Source: Pseudomonadota bacterium (GTDB lineage: Bacteria > Pseudomonadota > Alphaproteobacteria > Rhodospirillales > Rhodospirillaceae). Taken from it: DNA of 42,925 nucleotides. Location of the stretch: NCBI GenBank assembly GCA_023396465.1, contig JAEWWF010000386.1:1-42925 (forward strand), read 5' to 3'. The notes below the pieces were generated by a model. It searched no databases. It saw only the letters and a program-made list of their open reading frames with translations, and was not told the DNA's origin. The position numbers and the translations under genes are program-made. Shown here one piece after another: positions 30,409-39,646 of this stretch (the first letter of the stretch is position 1; every line of letters starts with the position of its first letter).

Positions 30409-31989
30409 ATGACCACCACCCTTCCCGTCCGCCGGGCGCTGCTTTCCGTTTCCGACAAGTCGGGCCTGATCGACTTCGTGCGGTTCCTCGCCGGCCAGGG
30501 CGTCGAGATCCTGTCCACCGGCGGCACCGCCAAGGCCATGCGCGACGCCGGCCTGCCGGTCATCGACGTGGCCGACTTCACCGGCTTCCCGGAAATGCTC
30601 GACGGCCGGGTGAAGACCCTGCACCCGAAGGTGCACGGCGGCATCCTCGGCATTCGCGGCAACGCCGAGCACGAGGCCGCCATGGCCGACCACGGCATCC
30701 TGCCCATCGATCTGGTGGTGGTGAACCTCTACCCGTTCGAGGCGACGGTCGCCAAGGGTGCCGACTTCGACACCTGCATCGAGAACATCGACATCGGCGG
30801 CCCCGGCATGATCCGCGCCGCGGCCAAGAACCACGCCGCCGTCACCGTCGTCACCGACCCGGAAGACTACGCCGTTGTGCAGGCGGAGATGGAAGCCAAC
30901 GGCGGCGCCACCACCGCCACCCTGCGCAAGCAGCTGGCCGCCATCGCCTATGCCCGCACCGCCGCCTATGATGCCGCCATCTCCACCTGGTTCGCCGGTC
31001 AGGTGAGCGACGAGTTCCCGCGCCGCTTCGCCGTCGGCGGCCGCCTGAAGCAGACCCTGCGCTACGGCGAGAACCCGCACCAGAAGGCCGCCTTCTACGT
31101 CACCGGCGAGGACCGCCCCGGCATCGCCACCGCCGAGCAGGTGCAGGGCAAGGAACTGTCCTACAACAACCTCAACGACACCGACGCCGCCTTCGAGCTG
31201 GCGGCCGAGTTCGACGAGCCCGCCGTCGCCATCATCAAGCACGCCAACCCCTGCGGCGTGGCGGTCGGCGGTGATGTGGTCGCCGCCTACCAGCGGGCGC
31301 TGGCCTGCGACCCCGTCTCGGCCTTCGGCGGCATCGTGGCGCTCAACCGCGCCATCGACGCGGCGGCGGCGGAAGAGATCACCAAGGTCTTCACCGAGGT
31401 GGTCATCGCCCCCGATGCCGATGCCGAGGCGCGCGCCATCTTCGCCGCCAAGAAGAACCTGCGCCTGCTGCTGACCGGCGGCATGCCGGACCCGGCGGCG
31501 CCGGGCGTCACCTACAAGAACCTCGCCGGCGGCTTCCTGGTGCAGAGCCGCGACAACGGCCGCGTGACCGCCGCCGACCTCAAGGTGGTGACCCAGCGCC
31601 AGCCGAGCGAGCAGGAACTGCGCGACATGCTGATCGCCTTCCGCATCTGCAAGCACGTCAAGTCCAACGCCATCATCTACGTCAAGGACGGTGCCACTGT
31701 CGGCATCGGCGCCGGCCAGATGAGCCGGGTGGACAGCTCCCGCATCGCCTCGTGGAAGTCGGCGGAGGCGGCCAAGGCCCAGGGCCTCGCCCAGCCGCAG
31801 ACGGTGGGCTCGGTGGTGGCGTCGGACGCCTTCTTCCCCTTCGCCGACGGCCTGCTGGCCGCCGCCGAGGCGGGGGCGACGGCGGTGATCCAGCCGGGCG
31901 GCTCCATGCGCGATGACGAGGTGATCAAGGCGGCCGACGAAAAGGGCCTCGCCATGGTCATGACCGGCATGCGCCACTTCCGCCACTAA
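30409..31989 (+). CDS. purH: bifunctional AICAR transformylase/IMP cyclohydrolase
   Basis: [51 protein letters not shown] and TGMRHFRH. Confidence 0.99.
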   Translation: MTTTLPVRRALLSVSDKSGLIDFVRFLAGQGVEILSTGGTAKAMRDAGLPVIDVADFTGFPEMLDGRVKTLHPKVHGGILGIRGNAEHEAAMADHGILPIDLVVVNLYPFEATVAKGADFDTCIENIDIGGPGMIRAAAKNHAAVTVVTDPEDYAVVQAEMEANGGATTATLRKQLAAIAYARTAAYDAAISTWFAGQVSDEFPRRFAVGGRLKQTLRYGENPHQKAAFYVTGEDRPGIATAEQVQGKELSYNNLNDTDAAFELAAEFDEPAVAIIKHANPCGVAVGGDVVAAYQRALACDPVSAFGGIVALNRAIDAAAAEEITKVFTEVVIAPDADAEARAIFAAKKNLRLLLTGGMPDPAAPGVTYKNLAGGFLVQSRDNGRVTAADLKVVTQRQPSEQELRDMLIAFRICKHVKSNAIIYVKDGATVGIGAGQMSRVDSSRIASWKSAEAAKAQGLAQPQTVGSVVASDAFFPFADGLLAAAEAGATAVIQPGGSMRDDEVIKAADEKGLAMVMTGMRHFRH

Positions 31990-31993
31990 AGGC

Positions 31994-32030
31994 GAAAGAA
32001 ATGGGGCGGAGCCCCCCGGCTCCGCCCCAT
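31994..32030. terminator. terminator between purH and the convergent outer membrane protein gene
   Basis: atggggcggagcc-cccc-ggctccgccccat with an A-tract on the left, which reads as a U-tract on the minus strand. Confidence 0.8.
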
Positions 32031-32066
32031 CCCGCCCCTCCCCCAAGGTGTGGCGCGGATCAGTAC

Positions 32067-33260
32067 TCAGAAGGTCAGGCGCACCTTGCCGGTGACGCCG
32101 GAAATGTCGCCGTCGCCGAAGATGGCGCCGAGGCTGGCGGCGGCGCGGCCGGCGGAGACGCCGAAGGTGACCTCTTCATAGGAGTCGCTGTAGAGGTCGT
32201 CGCCGAAGAAGCGGGTGTCGGTGATGCCGAGCGACAGCTTCAGCGGCGCCCCCAGGGCCTGTGCGCCGGTGTCGTAGACGCCGGACAGGCCGTTGCGGGC
32301 GACCACGTTGGTCAGGTCGTAATCGACCTCGTAGTCGCCGACACTGACCGGCACCGTCGTCACCACCGCCGCCGTGTTGCCCAGCACCAGGCTGAAGCGG
32401 TCGGTCAGCGGGCGTTCGTAGCGGCTGGTGAGGCCGCCGCCGGTGAGCACCGCGCCGGCCCCCAGATCCTCCGACCCGACGGCGCCGACGAAGGCGGATG
32501 GCGTCAGGCTCCACGCCTCGGTCACCGGCATGGTCAGGCCGAGGTTGAGGTGGCCGGACCAGGTATCGGCCTTTTCCGTCTGCTGCCAGGTCAGCGGCGC
32601 GTCGAGCGCCAGCGTCCAGCCGTTGGTGAAGCCGTAGCCGATGGTCGGCTGCACGGTGGCGCTGGTGACGTCCACATCGTCGCTGCTCAGCCGCATGCCG
32701 TCCCCGCCGATGCCGGCGAAGAAGCCGGCGCCAGGGGCGACGCGGGTGCCGCTGTCGTGAACGGTGGCGACCATGCGCGACATCAGCGACGACGGATTGC
32801 CGGCCACCGGGTCAAAGGCGGTGCGGGCGGCGGCGGCCTTCAGGATGCGGGTGAGCGTCTCGTTGCCCTCGCCCTTGAAGTAGGCCTCCAGTTCCTCCTG
32901 CGCCGCGTCGCGGTCGGCGGCGGTGGTGCCGAAGCGGCGCTCGACGCCGGCGGCCGGCACCGACAGCACGATCTCGGTGCCGTCATAGGCGATGGTGGCG
33001 GGCAGGCCGCGGATGTAGGCATCGCCGGAAATCTGGCTGACCTGGGTCAGGTCGGCACCGACGGCATTGGACAGCGCCTTGATCTCGACGCCGTCGATCA
33101 GGTCGCCGATGGTGCGGTAGGTGAGGCGGCGGGTGACCGTCTCGCCGCTCTGCGGATGAACGAAGGTCGGCTCAAGGACGAACAGGGGCGTTTCGGCCAG
33201 GGCGGGCGCGGCAGTGAAAGCCACGACCGACGCCACCAGCGCCATGCGGAGGGGACGCAT
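32067..33260 (-). CDS. uncharacterised outer membrane beta-barrel protein (autotransporter-like layout)
   Basis: Signal peptide (..APALA), a ~130-aa N-domain, a helical linker DPVAGNPSSLMSRM, amphipathic beta strands and a terminal KVRLTF. Confidence 0.75.
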   Translation of the reverse strand: MRPLRMALVASVVAFTAAPALAETPLFVLEPTFVHPQSGETVTRRLTYRTIGDLIDGVEIKALSNAVGADLTQVSQISGDAYIRGLPATIAYDGTEIVLSVPAAGVERRFGTTAADRDAAQEELEAYFKGEGNETLTRILKAAAARTAFDPVAGNPSSLMSRMVATVHDSGTRVAPGAGFFAGIGGDGMRLSSDDVDVTSATVQPTIGYGFTNGWTLALDAPLTWQQTEKADTWSGHLNLGLTMPVTEAWSLTPSAFVGAVGSEDLGAGAVLTGGGLTSRYERPLTDRFSLVLGNTAAVVTTVPVSVGDYEVDYDLTNVVARNGLSGVYDTGAQALGAPLKLSLGITDTRFFGDDLYSDSYEEVTFGVSAGRAAASLGAIFGDGDISGVTGKVRLTF

Positions 33261-33473
33261 GTGGGACTCCGGTTTTGTCAGAAGGCAACGGGGTTCCGCC
33301 AGTGGTGCGGAATGACGTCACCCTAGTTCCGGAGAACAAATAAAGTCTTAAGGGCAACCTTCCATCAGTGGAAGCGGCGGGAGCGGCCTCATCTCTAAGT
33401 ACCGCTTCCGCCCGTTATTTCTTCACTACCTCTTTCTATCGCACCCGTAGTTGCTGCGGCCGGAGACGGATTT

Positions 33474-34838
33474 TCATCCGCCGCGTGCCACCCGCTCCAG
33501 CGCCGGGTCGCGACCGGCCGGAACCGTGCGCAGCAGCCACAGCCCGCCGAGCAGGAACACCAGGATGGTTGCCATGCCGACGCGCTGGCTGTCGGCCAGC
33601 GCCGTCGCCCAGGCCACCACCAGCGGGCCGAGGAAGGCCGTCACCTTGCCCGACACGGCATAGAGGCCGAACAGCTCGTTGCGCACCTCCGGCGGCGACA
33701 GGCGGGCCATGAGCGAGCGGCTGGAGGCCTGCACCGGCCCGAAGAACAGACCCATGGCCAGCGCCAGCGGCCAGAACAGCGCCACGTCCCGCACCACCAG
33801 GATGGAGGCGCCGAACACGCTCATGCCGATCAGGCCGATGGTGATGGTGCGCTTCGGTCCCATGCGGTCGTCTGTCCATCCGAACAGCACGGCGCCCAGG
33901 CCGGCGGAGACGTTCATGGCGATGCCGAAGACGATGATTTCGGAAAAGCTCATGCCGAAGGTGCCGGCGGCGTAGATGCCGCCGAAGGCGAACAGGGTGT
34001 TGAGGCCGTCGGTATAGATCATGTGGGCGAGCAGGAAGCGCGGCACCGGGCCGAACTGCTTCAGCGCCTTCAGGGTCGCCCACTGTTCCCGCACCGCCTT
34101 GCGCGCCACCTGCACGGCGCCGGCCGTGGCGGCGCGCGGCCGGTCGGGCACGAAGACGAACAGCGGCCAGGCGAACAGGGCATACCACGCCGCCACCAGC
34201 ACCACCGTCGCCCGCACCGGCTCCGCCTGCGCCGGGTCGAGGCCGAAGGGCGGCGGGTCGGCCTGCACGAAGACCTTGAGCGCGATCACCAGGCACAGCA
34301 GCCCGCCGGCATAGCCGAGCCCCCAGGCCCAGCCGGAAACGCGGCCCATGCGCTCCGGCCGGGTCACGTCGGGCAGCATGGCGTTGTAGAAGGCCATGCC
34401 CAGCTCGAAAGCGGCATTGGACAGCGCCACCAGCACCAGGGCATAGAGCATCCAGCTCGGGTCCGGGGCGGCGAACCACAGCAGGCCGGAGCAGGTGATG
34501 CACACCAGGGTGAAGCCGGCCAGCCACGGCTTGCGGCGCCCGGTCTGGTCGGCCACCGCCCCCAGCACCGGCGCCAGCAGGGCGATCAGCAGGCCGGAGG
34601 CGGCCATGGCGTGGCCCCAGGCGGTGGTGGCGACGATTTCGTCGGGGGCGATGCCGCGGGTGAAATAGGCGGCAAAGACGAAGGTGGCGATGACGGTCGG
34701 GTAGGCCGAATTGGCCCAGTCATACAGGCACCACGCCACGGTGGCCGAGCGGCGGGGCGGCGTGGTCGTCGCGGGCGACGGAGGGCGGACAGTGGCGGGC
34801 TCAGGGTGGCTCGGCACGATGCGGCGGTCTCCGGGCAT
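33474..34838 (-). CDS. MFS transporter, UMF1/ATG22-like family
   Basis: AWCLYDWANSAYPT, LGAVADQTGRRK, FYNAMLP, GRVSGWAWGLGYAGG and QASSRSLMARL. The start is uncertain (34817-34889). Confidence 0.9.
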   Translation of the reverse strand: MPGDRRIVPSHPEPATVRPPSPATTTPPRRSATVAWCLYDWANSAYPTVIATFVFAAYFTRGIAPDEIVATTAWGHAMAASGLLIALLAPVLGAVADQTGRRKPWLAGFTLVCITCSGLLWFAAPDPSWMLYALVLVALSNAAFELGMAFYNAMLPDVTRPERMGRVSGWAWGLGYAGGLLCLVIALKVFVQADPPPFGLDPAQAEPVRATVVLVAAWYALFAWPLFVFVPDRPRAATAGAVQVARKAVREQWATLKALKQFGPVPRFLLAHMIYTDGLNTLFAFGGIYAAGTFGMSFSEIIVFGIAMNVSAGLGAVLFGWTDDRMGPKRTITIGLIGMSVFGASILVVRDVALFWPLALAMGLFFGPVQASSRSLMARLSPPEVRNELFGLYAVSGKVTAFLGPLVVAWATALADSQRVGMATILVFLLGGLWLLRTVPAGRDPALERVARGG

Positions 34839-34910
34839 GGGCGGCGGGCGGGCGGGCATGGGGTGGCAGCATACGGCCTCGAACCCCACGGCGCCACCGT
34901 CAGGCGGTCA

Positions 34911-36089
34911 TCAGCGGTCGTCGGCGAGCGGCGAGGGGAGCGGCTGGGGCGGGGTGGCGGCCTCGGTGACGGTGGAGGTTCGGGCCGGCGCCAGCGGGTG
35001 CCAGGGCCGCACCACGATGCGGCGGCCGATGAAGGCCGATAGGCTCCAGGTGAGGGCGCGCAGGATGGTCAGCGTCGACACCCTGCGCTGGCGCTGGAGG
35101 CTGCGGCGGGCGGTCCAGCAAGGGCCACAATCCACCAGACCGTGATAGAGCGCCCGCAGACCCGGCAGGCGGCGGCGCAGCATCAGGCCGCGCACTTCCA
35201 GCAGCAGGCACCCGAGGGTTTGCCCAAGCACCACCAGCGGCAGCAGCACGGTCGGCATGCATTTGAGCGCCATCCACCAGGCATTGCGGTAGCCGTAGAA
35301 CAGCGAGAACTCGGAATGCCGTCCGGTCACCCCCGAACTGATATGGCGCACCACCGACCGCCCCGACTGATAGCAGCGTCCGCCCAGCAGGCGGATGCGG
35401 AAGGCCAGATCGACATCCTCGCAGTAGCAGAAGAAGCATTCGTCGAAGCCGCCCACCGCCTCGAACATGACGCGGTCGTAGAGCGCGGCGGCGGCGCAGG
35501 GGCCGAACACTTCGCCGGACGGATGCTCGGGCCGCGCCGGCTTGCGGAAGCCGCCGCGCCAGGGCAGCCCGAAGGGCGAGACGTTGTCGCCGGTGCCGTC
35601 ATAGCGGGTGACGCCATCCGATTCGTCATCGAGCAGCAGCGTCGACCCCACCATGGCGGCGCCGGGGTGGCTCTCGGCGTCGGCGATCAGCGTTTCGAGC
35701 CAGTCGGGGGCGGGGAAGGCGTCGGGGTTCAGGGTGACGATCCACGGGGTCGTCGCCCCTTCCGCCCCGCGGTTGTTGGCGGCGGCGAAACCGACGTTGT
35801 CGGCCAGGGGGATGACGCGGAACCGCGCGTCGTCGTGGGGGACGACAGCCAGCGATCCGTCGTGGGAATTGTTGTCGACCACCACCACCTCGAAATCGCC
35901 GCGCGTCTGGGCCTGCACGGCCTTCAGGCAGCGGTCGAGGTAGGCACCGGCATTGAAGTTGACGATGATGATACGGGCGGCGGTCATGACCGCCCGAGAA
36001 TGCGGCAGGTGGTGTTGCAGCGCAAGGACAATGCCGGGCGGCTCGCCCTTTGATGGGGCGGTCTGCCGCGCGCTCCGGGACGCGGTCAT
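34911..36089 (-). CDS. glycosyltransferase family 2
   Basis: IIIVNFN, VVVDNNSHDGS, NVGFAAANN, TLNPDA and FFCYCEDVDLAFR. Start is 36089 (ATGA overlap) or 35987. Confidence 0.92.
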   Translation of the reverse strand: MTASRSARQTAPSKGEPPGIVLALQHHLPHSRAVMTAARIIIVNFNAGAYLDRCLKAVQAQTRGDFEVVVVDNNSHDGSLAVVPHDDARFRVIPLADNVGFAAANNRGAEGATTPWIVTLNPDAFPAPDWLETLIADAESHPGAAMVGSTLLLDDESDGVTRYDGTGDNVSPFGLPWRGGFRKPARPEHPSGEVFGPCAAAALYDRVMFEAVGGFDECFFCYCEDVDLAFRIRLLGGRCYQSGRSVVRHISSGVTGRHSEFSLFYGYRNAWWMALKCMPTVLLPLVVLGQTLGCLLLEVRGLMLRRRLPGLRALYHGLVDCGPCWTARRSLQRQRRVSTLTILRALTWSLSAFIGRRIVVRPWHPLAPARTSTVTEAATPPQPLPSPLADDR

Positions 36090-37093
36090 GGCACCCGGAT
36101 GGTTCGCATGGCGGTCAGCGGCGCGCCACCGTCCACCGGCAGCAGGTTGACCTCAAGCCCGTAGTCTCCCGCCGCCCAGGCCGGCACCTTGCGGCGCAGG
36201 CCCCCGAAGCCGAACCATTGGGCATGATCGGACTCGATGGTCTGGGTATGGTCGAACACCCACTCGCCGTCGGCATCGCGGATGCGGAAGCGCACCCGGT
36301 CGCCCTTGCGGGGGGCCAGGACGTCGGCCCACACCACCAGCGCCGGGGCATCGGCGGCCAGCGTGTCGCCGTAGTCGCCGGCCCGGGCCGCCACCTTGTC
36401 GGCGGCCCCCGGGGCTGGTCCGATGACCGCCAGCCGTCGCGTCTCATAGGGCAGCGCTGCCTTCACCTCGGGCTGCCACAGGGCGGTGGCGTCGGCCTCG
36501 GGACCGCAGGTGCCATCGCGGCCGGTGCCGGTGAAGGGATCGACCGGCTTGCCGTCGCGGCGCACCGTCAGGTGGACGTGCGGATGCTCGGTCGATCCGG
36601 ACAGACCGATGCGTCCCAGTTCCTGGCCCCGCTCCACCTCCTGCCCCTGGGCGACGGCGATGGAGCCCTGGCGCAGGTGGCAATACTGGGTGTGCCAGCC
36701 GTTGCCGTGGTCGATGACGACGCCGTTGCCGCACTCCCGCCCGGCGATGGTTTTCGCGTCGATGCTGAGGATATTGACGTCGGCCATGCCGTCGCGCACC
36801 CCGAGCACCCGGCCCGGCGCCGCCGCCAGTACGCGCGTGGCGGCCGCCGCCGCCATGTCGGGCACGGCGAAATCGACGCCGTCGTGATCGCCGAGGGCGC
36901 GGGCGCCGCATCGGTAGTCGATGTTGCGCTCGCCGGGGTCGCGGTCCACCAGTTTGGAGATCCAACAGGTCCGGCCCGGTTCGCAGTCGGCTGGCAGTGA
37001 CAGGCGGATCTCCTCCGCCCGCGCGGCGATGGCGCTCATCCCGAGTGCCAGGGCGGCAAGGGCGGCGAGGGTGGGCAGGGTCGGGCGTGGCAT
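36086..37093 (-). CDS. M23 family metallopeptidase
   Basis: Signal peptide, HDGVDF (HxxxD), GNGVVIDHG, QYCHL and PHVHL (HxH). Confidence 0.92.
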   Translation of the reverse strand: MPRPTLPTLAALAALALGMSAIAARAEEIRLSLPADCEPGRTCWISKLVDRDPGERNIDYRCGARALGDHDGVDFAVPDMAAAAATRVLAAAPGRVLGVRDGMADVNILSIDAKTIAGRECGNGVVIDHGNGWHTQYCHLRQGSIAVAQGQEVERGQELGRIGLSGSTEHPHVHLTVRRDGKPVDPFTGTGRDGTCGPEADATALWQPEVKAALPYETRRLAVIGPAPGAADKVAARAGDYGDTLAADAPALVVWADVLAPRKGDRVRFRIRDADGEWVFDHTQTIESDHAQWFGFGGLRRKVPAWAAGDYGLEVNLLPVDGGAPLTAMRTIRVP

Positions 37094-37258
37094 GGGCGGG
37101 CTCTCCGGCTGGCACGGGCAGGATCAGTAAACGGAACGCGCACCGTCCGCGTCCAGTGTTGATCGCCGGCGGGCGGCGTGCTTTACACGGGGCGCCCGTC
37201 GTTTCCGGTCGCGCCGCCCGCCGCCGCGCACCGCTTCCGTCAAGAAGGATCACCGGCC

Positions 37259-38086
37259 ATGGACGGCCTTGATGTCGGCATCGTCGTCTTCCGGCCGCAC
37301 CCGGACCTGCTGCGCCGTACCGTCGCCACCCTCTGCACCGCCGCCGCGCCCCTGCTCGCCGAGGGGCGGCCGGTGCGGTTGATCCTGATCGACAATGGCG
37401 ACGGCGGCGACCGGCCGCTGCTGGACGGGCTCGTGCAGCAGGCGCGGGCGGCCGGGCTGGGGGCCGAGGTTCTCGCCGGTCACGGCAACATCGGCTATGG
37501 CCGGGGCCACGATCTGGCGCTGCTGCGCGCCGGGGCGGCGCCCTGGCATCTGGTGCTGAACCCGGACGTGGAGGTGGACCCGGCGGCGCTTCAGGTCGGG
37601 CTTGCCTACCTGGAGGCGAACCCGCGGGTGGTGCTGGCGGCGCCACGGGCGGAGGACGAGACCGGCCGTTTCCAATATTTGTGCAAACGGCCGCCGGGGC
37701 TGGTGACGCTGGCCCTGCGCGGCTTCGCTCCGGCGCCGCTGCGGCGCCCGTTCCGCGCCCTGCTCGACCACTACGAACTGCGCGACCGCATTCGGCCGGG
37801 CACCGTCGATCCGGTGGCCGGCATCGCCATCGCCAGCGGCTGCTTCATGCTGCTGCGTGGCGACGCGGCGCGGTCGGTCGGCGGTTTCACCGACGCCTAC
37901 TTCCTCTATTTCGAGGACTTCGACCTGAGCCGCCGCCTCGCCCTGGTGGGGGAGGTGGTCTATCTGCCGACCATGCGCATCATCCACCACGGCGGCGGCG
38001 CCGGCCGCAAGGGATGGCGGCACCTGCGGCTGTTCGCGGCCTCGGCGGTCACCTACTTCCGCCGCTGGGGTTGGCGGCTGGTGTAA
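37259..38086 (+). CDS. glycosyltransferase family 2 (rhamnosyltransferase-like)
   Basis: LIDNG, GNIGYGRGHD, VLNPDV, SGCFML and YFLYFEDFDL; AAGGA RBS. Confidence 0.9.
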   Translation: MDGLDVGIVVFRPHPDLLRRTVATLCTAAAPLLAEGRPVRLILIDNGDGGDRPLLDGLVQQARAAGLGAEVLAGHGNIGYGRGHDLALLRAGAAPWHLVLNPDVEVDPAALQVGLAYLEANPRVVLAAPRAEDETGRFQYLCKRPPGLVTLALRGFAPAPLRRPFRALLDHYELRDRIRPGTVDPVAGIAIASGCFMLLRGDAARSVGGFTDAYFLYFEDFDLSRRLALVGEVVYLPTMRIIHHGGGAGRKGWRHLRLFAASAVTYFRRWGWRLV

Positions 38087-38149
38087 GGCGGTCTTTCCAC
38101 CCTTTCTCGTCTCTCACCCCCGCCCTTCGGCATAGGCCGGAGCCGCCCC

Positions 38150-38177
38150 TTGACCGCCGCCACGGCGGGCGTAAGGT
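38150..38177 (+). promoter_or_regulatory. possible sigma70 promoter of the GH1 gene
   Basis: TTGACC-N16-TAAGGT, about 85 nt upstream of the ATG. Confidence 0.35.
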
Positions 38178-38262
38178 GGTAGTGTCCTACCTCTGCCGGA
38201 TCGGGGCGGGCATCGGCGATGGCCGGTGCGGCGCCCGCCGGCGCCCGCCCGCGAGGCTCATC

Positions 38263-39627
38263 ATGACCGACATTCGTTCGCGTGCTCTCACCGCCGCCGG
38301 CTATCCGCGCGGCTTCAAATGGGGTGTCTCGACCTCCAGCTATCAGATCGAGGGCGGCCACGACGCCGACGGCCGCCTGCCGTCGATCTGGGATACCCGC
38401 TGCCGCATGCAGGGCAAGATCGCCAACGGCGACACCGGCGACGTCGCCTGCGATCACTACCACCGCTACCCCGAGGACATCGCGCTGATGAAGGGCCTCG
38501 GGCTCGACGTCTACCGCTTCTCGGTGGCGTGGCCGCGCATTCTGCCCAAGGGCAAGGGGCGGGTGAACGAGAAGGGCCTCGACTTCTACGACCGCCTCAT
38601 CGACGGCGTGCTGGAAGCCGGCATCGAGCCGTGGCTGTGCCTCTATCACTGGGATCTGCCGCAGGCGCTCGACGACCTGGGCGGCTGGCCGGCCCGCGAA
38701 TCCGCCGGGTGGTTCGCCGATTATGCCGCCGTCTGCTGCCGCCGCTACGGCGACCGGGTGAAGCACTGGGCGACCTTCAACGAATTCGCCGTCTTCACCC
38801 TGTTCGGCTATTGCATCGATTGGTCGGCCCCCGGTGTCACCGACCGCGAGGCGCATCTGAAGGCCATCCATCACGCCAACCTCGCCCACGGCATGGGCGT
38901 CGATGTCATCCGCGATCTGGTGCCCGGCGCCTCCATCGGCGCGGTGCATAACCGCCAGGTGGTGTGGCCGGAGAAGGACACCGACGCCGACCGCCGCGCC
39001 GCCGCGCTGCTCGATGCCCATTGGAACCGGGCTTTCCCCGACCCGCAGTTGCTCGGCCACTACCCCGACCTGATCGCCGAGACCATCGCGCCTTATGTGC
39101 AGCCCGGCGACATGGCGCAAATCTGCCGCCGCATCGACTGGTTCGGCCTTAATCATTACGGCCCCATCTTCGCCAAGGATGATCCCAACGCCACCTGGGG
39201 CTTCCACTGGGGCGCGGCGCCCGACGATGCCGACAAGTCGGACATCGGCTGGCCGATTTGGCCGGCCGCCTTCCGTGACGAGCTGATCGACCTGACCAAG
39301 ACCTACAAGCTGCCGATCTACGTCACCGAGAACGGCATGGGCGGCAACGACAAGGTGGACGACGCGGGCGAGGTCAACGACGCCACCCGCATCCGTTACC
39401 TGACCCTCTACACCGACGCCATGAAGGAGGCCATCGCCGCCGGGGCGGACGTGCGCGGCTATTATGTGTGGTCGTTGCTCGACAACTTTGAATGGGGCAC
39501 CGGCTATCAGAACCGCTTCGGTCTCGTGCATGTGGATTACGAGACGCTGAAGCGCACGCCGAAGGCGTCCTACGCCTGGTTCCGCGACACCATCGCGGCG
39601 GTGCGCAAGGCGGAGGCGGCGGTCTGA
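38263..39627 (+). CDS. GH1 beta-glucosidase (cytoplasmic)
   Basis: FKWGVSTSSYQIEG, ACDHYHRY, YRFSVAWPRI, catalytic TFNE and YVTENG, and WSLLDNFEW; no signal peptide. Confidence 0.95.
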   Translation: MTDIRSRALTAAGYPRGFKWGVSTSSYQIEGGHDADGRLPSIWDTRCRMQGKIANGDTGDVACDHYHRYPEDIALMKGLGLDVYRFSVAWPRILPKGKGRVNEKGLDFYDRLIDGVLEAGIEPWLCLYHWDLPQALDDLGGWPARESAGWFADYAAVCCRRYGDRVKHWATFNEFAVFTLFGYCIDWSAPGVTDREAHLKAIHHANLAHGMGVDVIRDLVPGASIGAVHNRQVVWPEKDTDADRRAAALLDAHWNRAFPDPQLLGHYPDLIAETIAPYVQPGDMAQICRRIDWFGLNHYGPIFAKDDPNATWGFHWGAAPDDADKSDIGWPIWPAAFRDELIDLTKTYKLPIYVTENGMGGNDKVDDAGEVNDATRIRYLTLYTDAMKEAIAAGADVRGYYVWSLLDNFEWGTGYQNRFGLVHVDYETLKRTPKASYAWFRDTIAAVRKAEAAV

Positions 39628-39646
39628 TCCGCCACCCGCGGGCCTG

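Noticed and set aside
33337..33351. CtrA box (TTAA-N7-TTAA) upstream of the barrel gene
   Set aside because: Only one half-site matches (TTAA-N7-TTTG), which is insufficient support.
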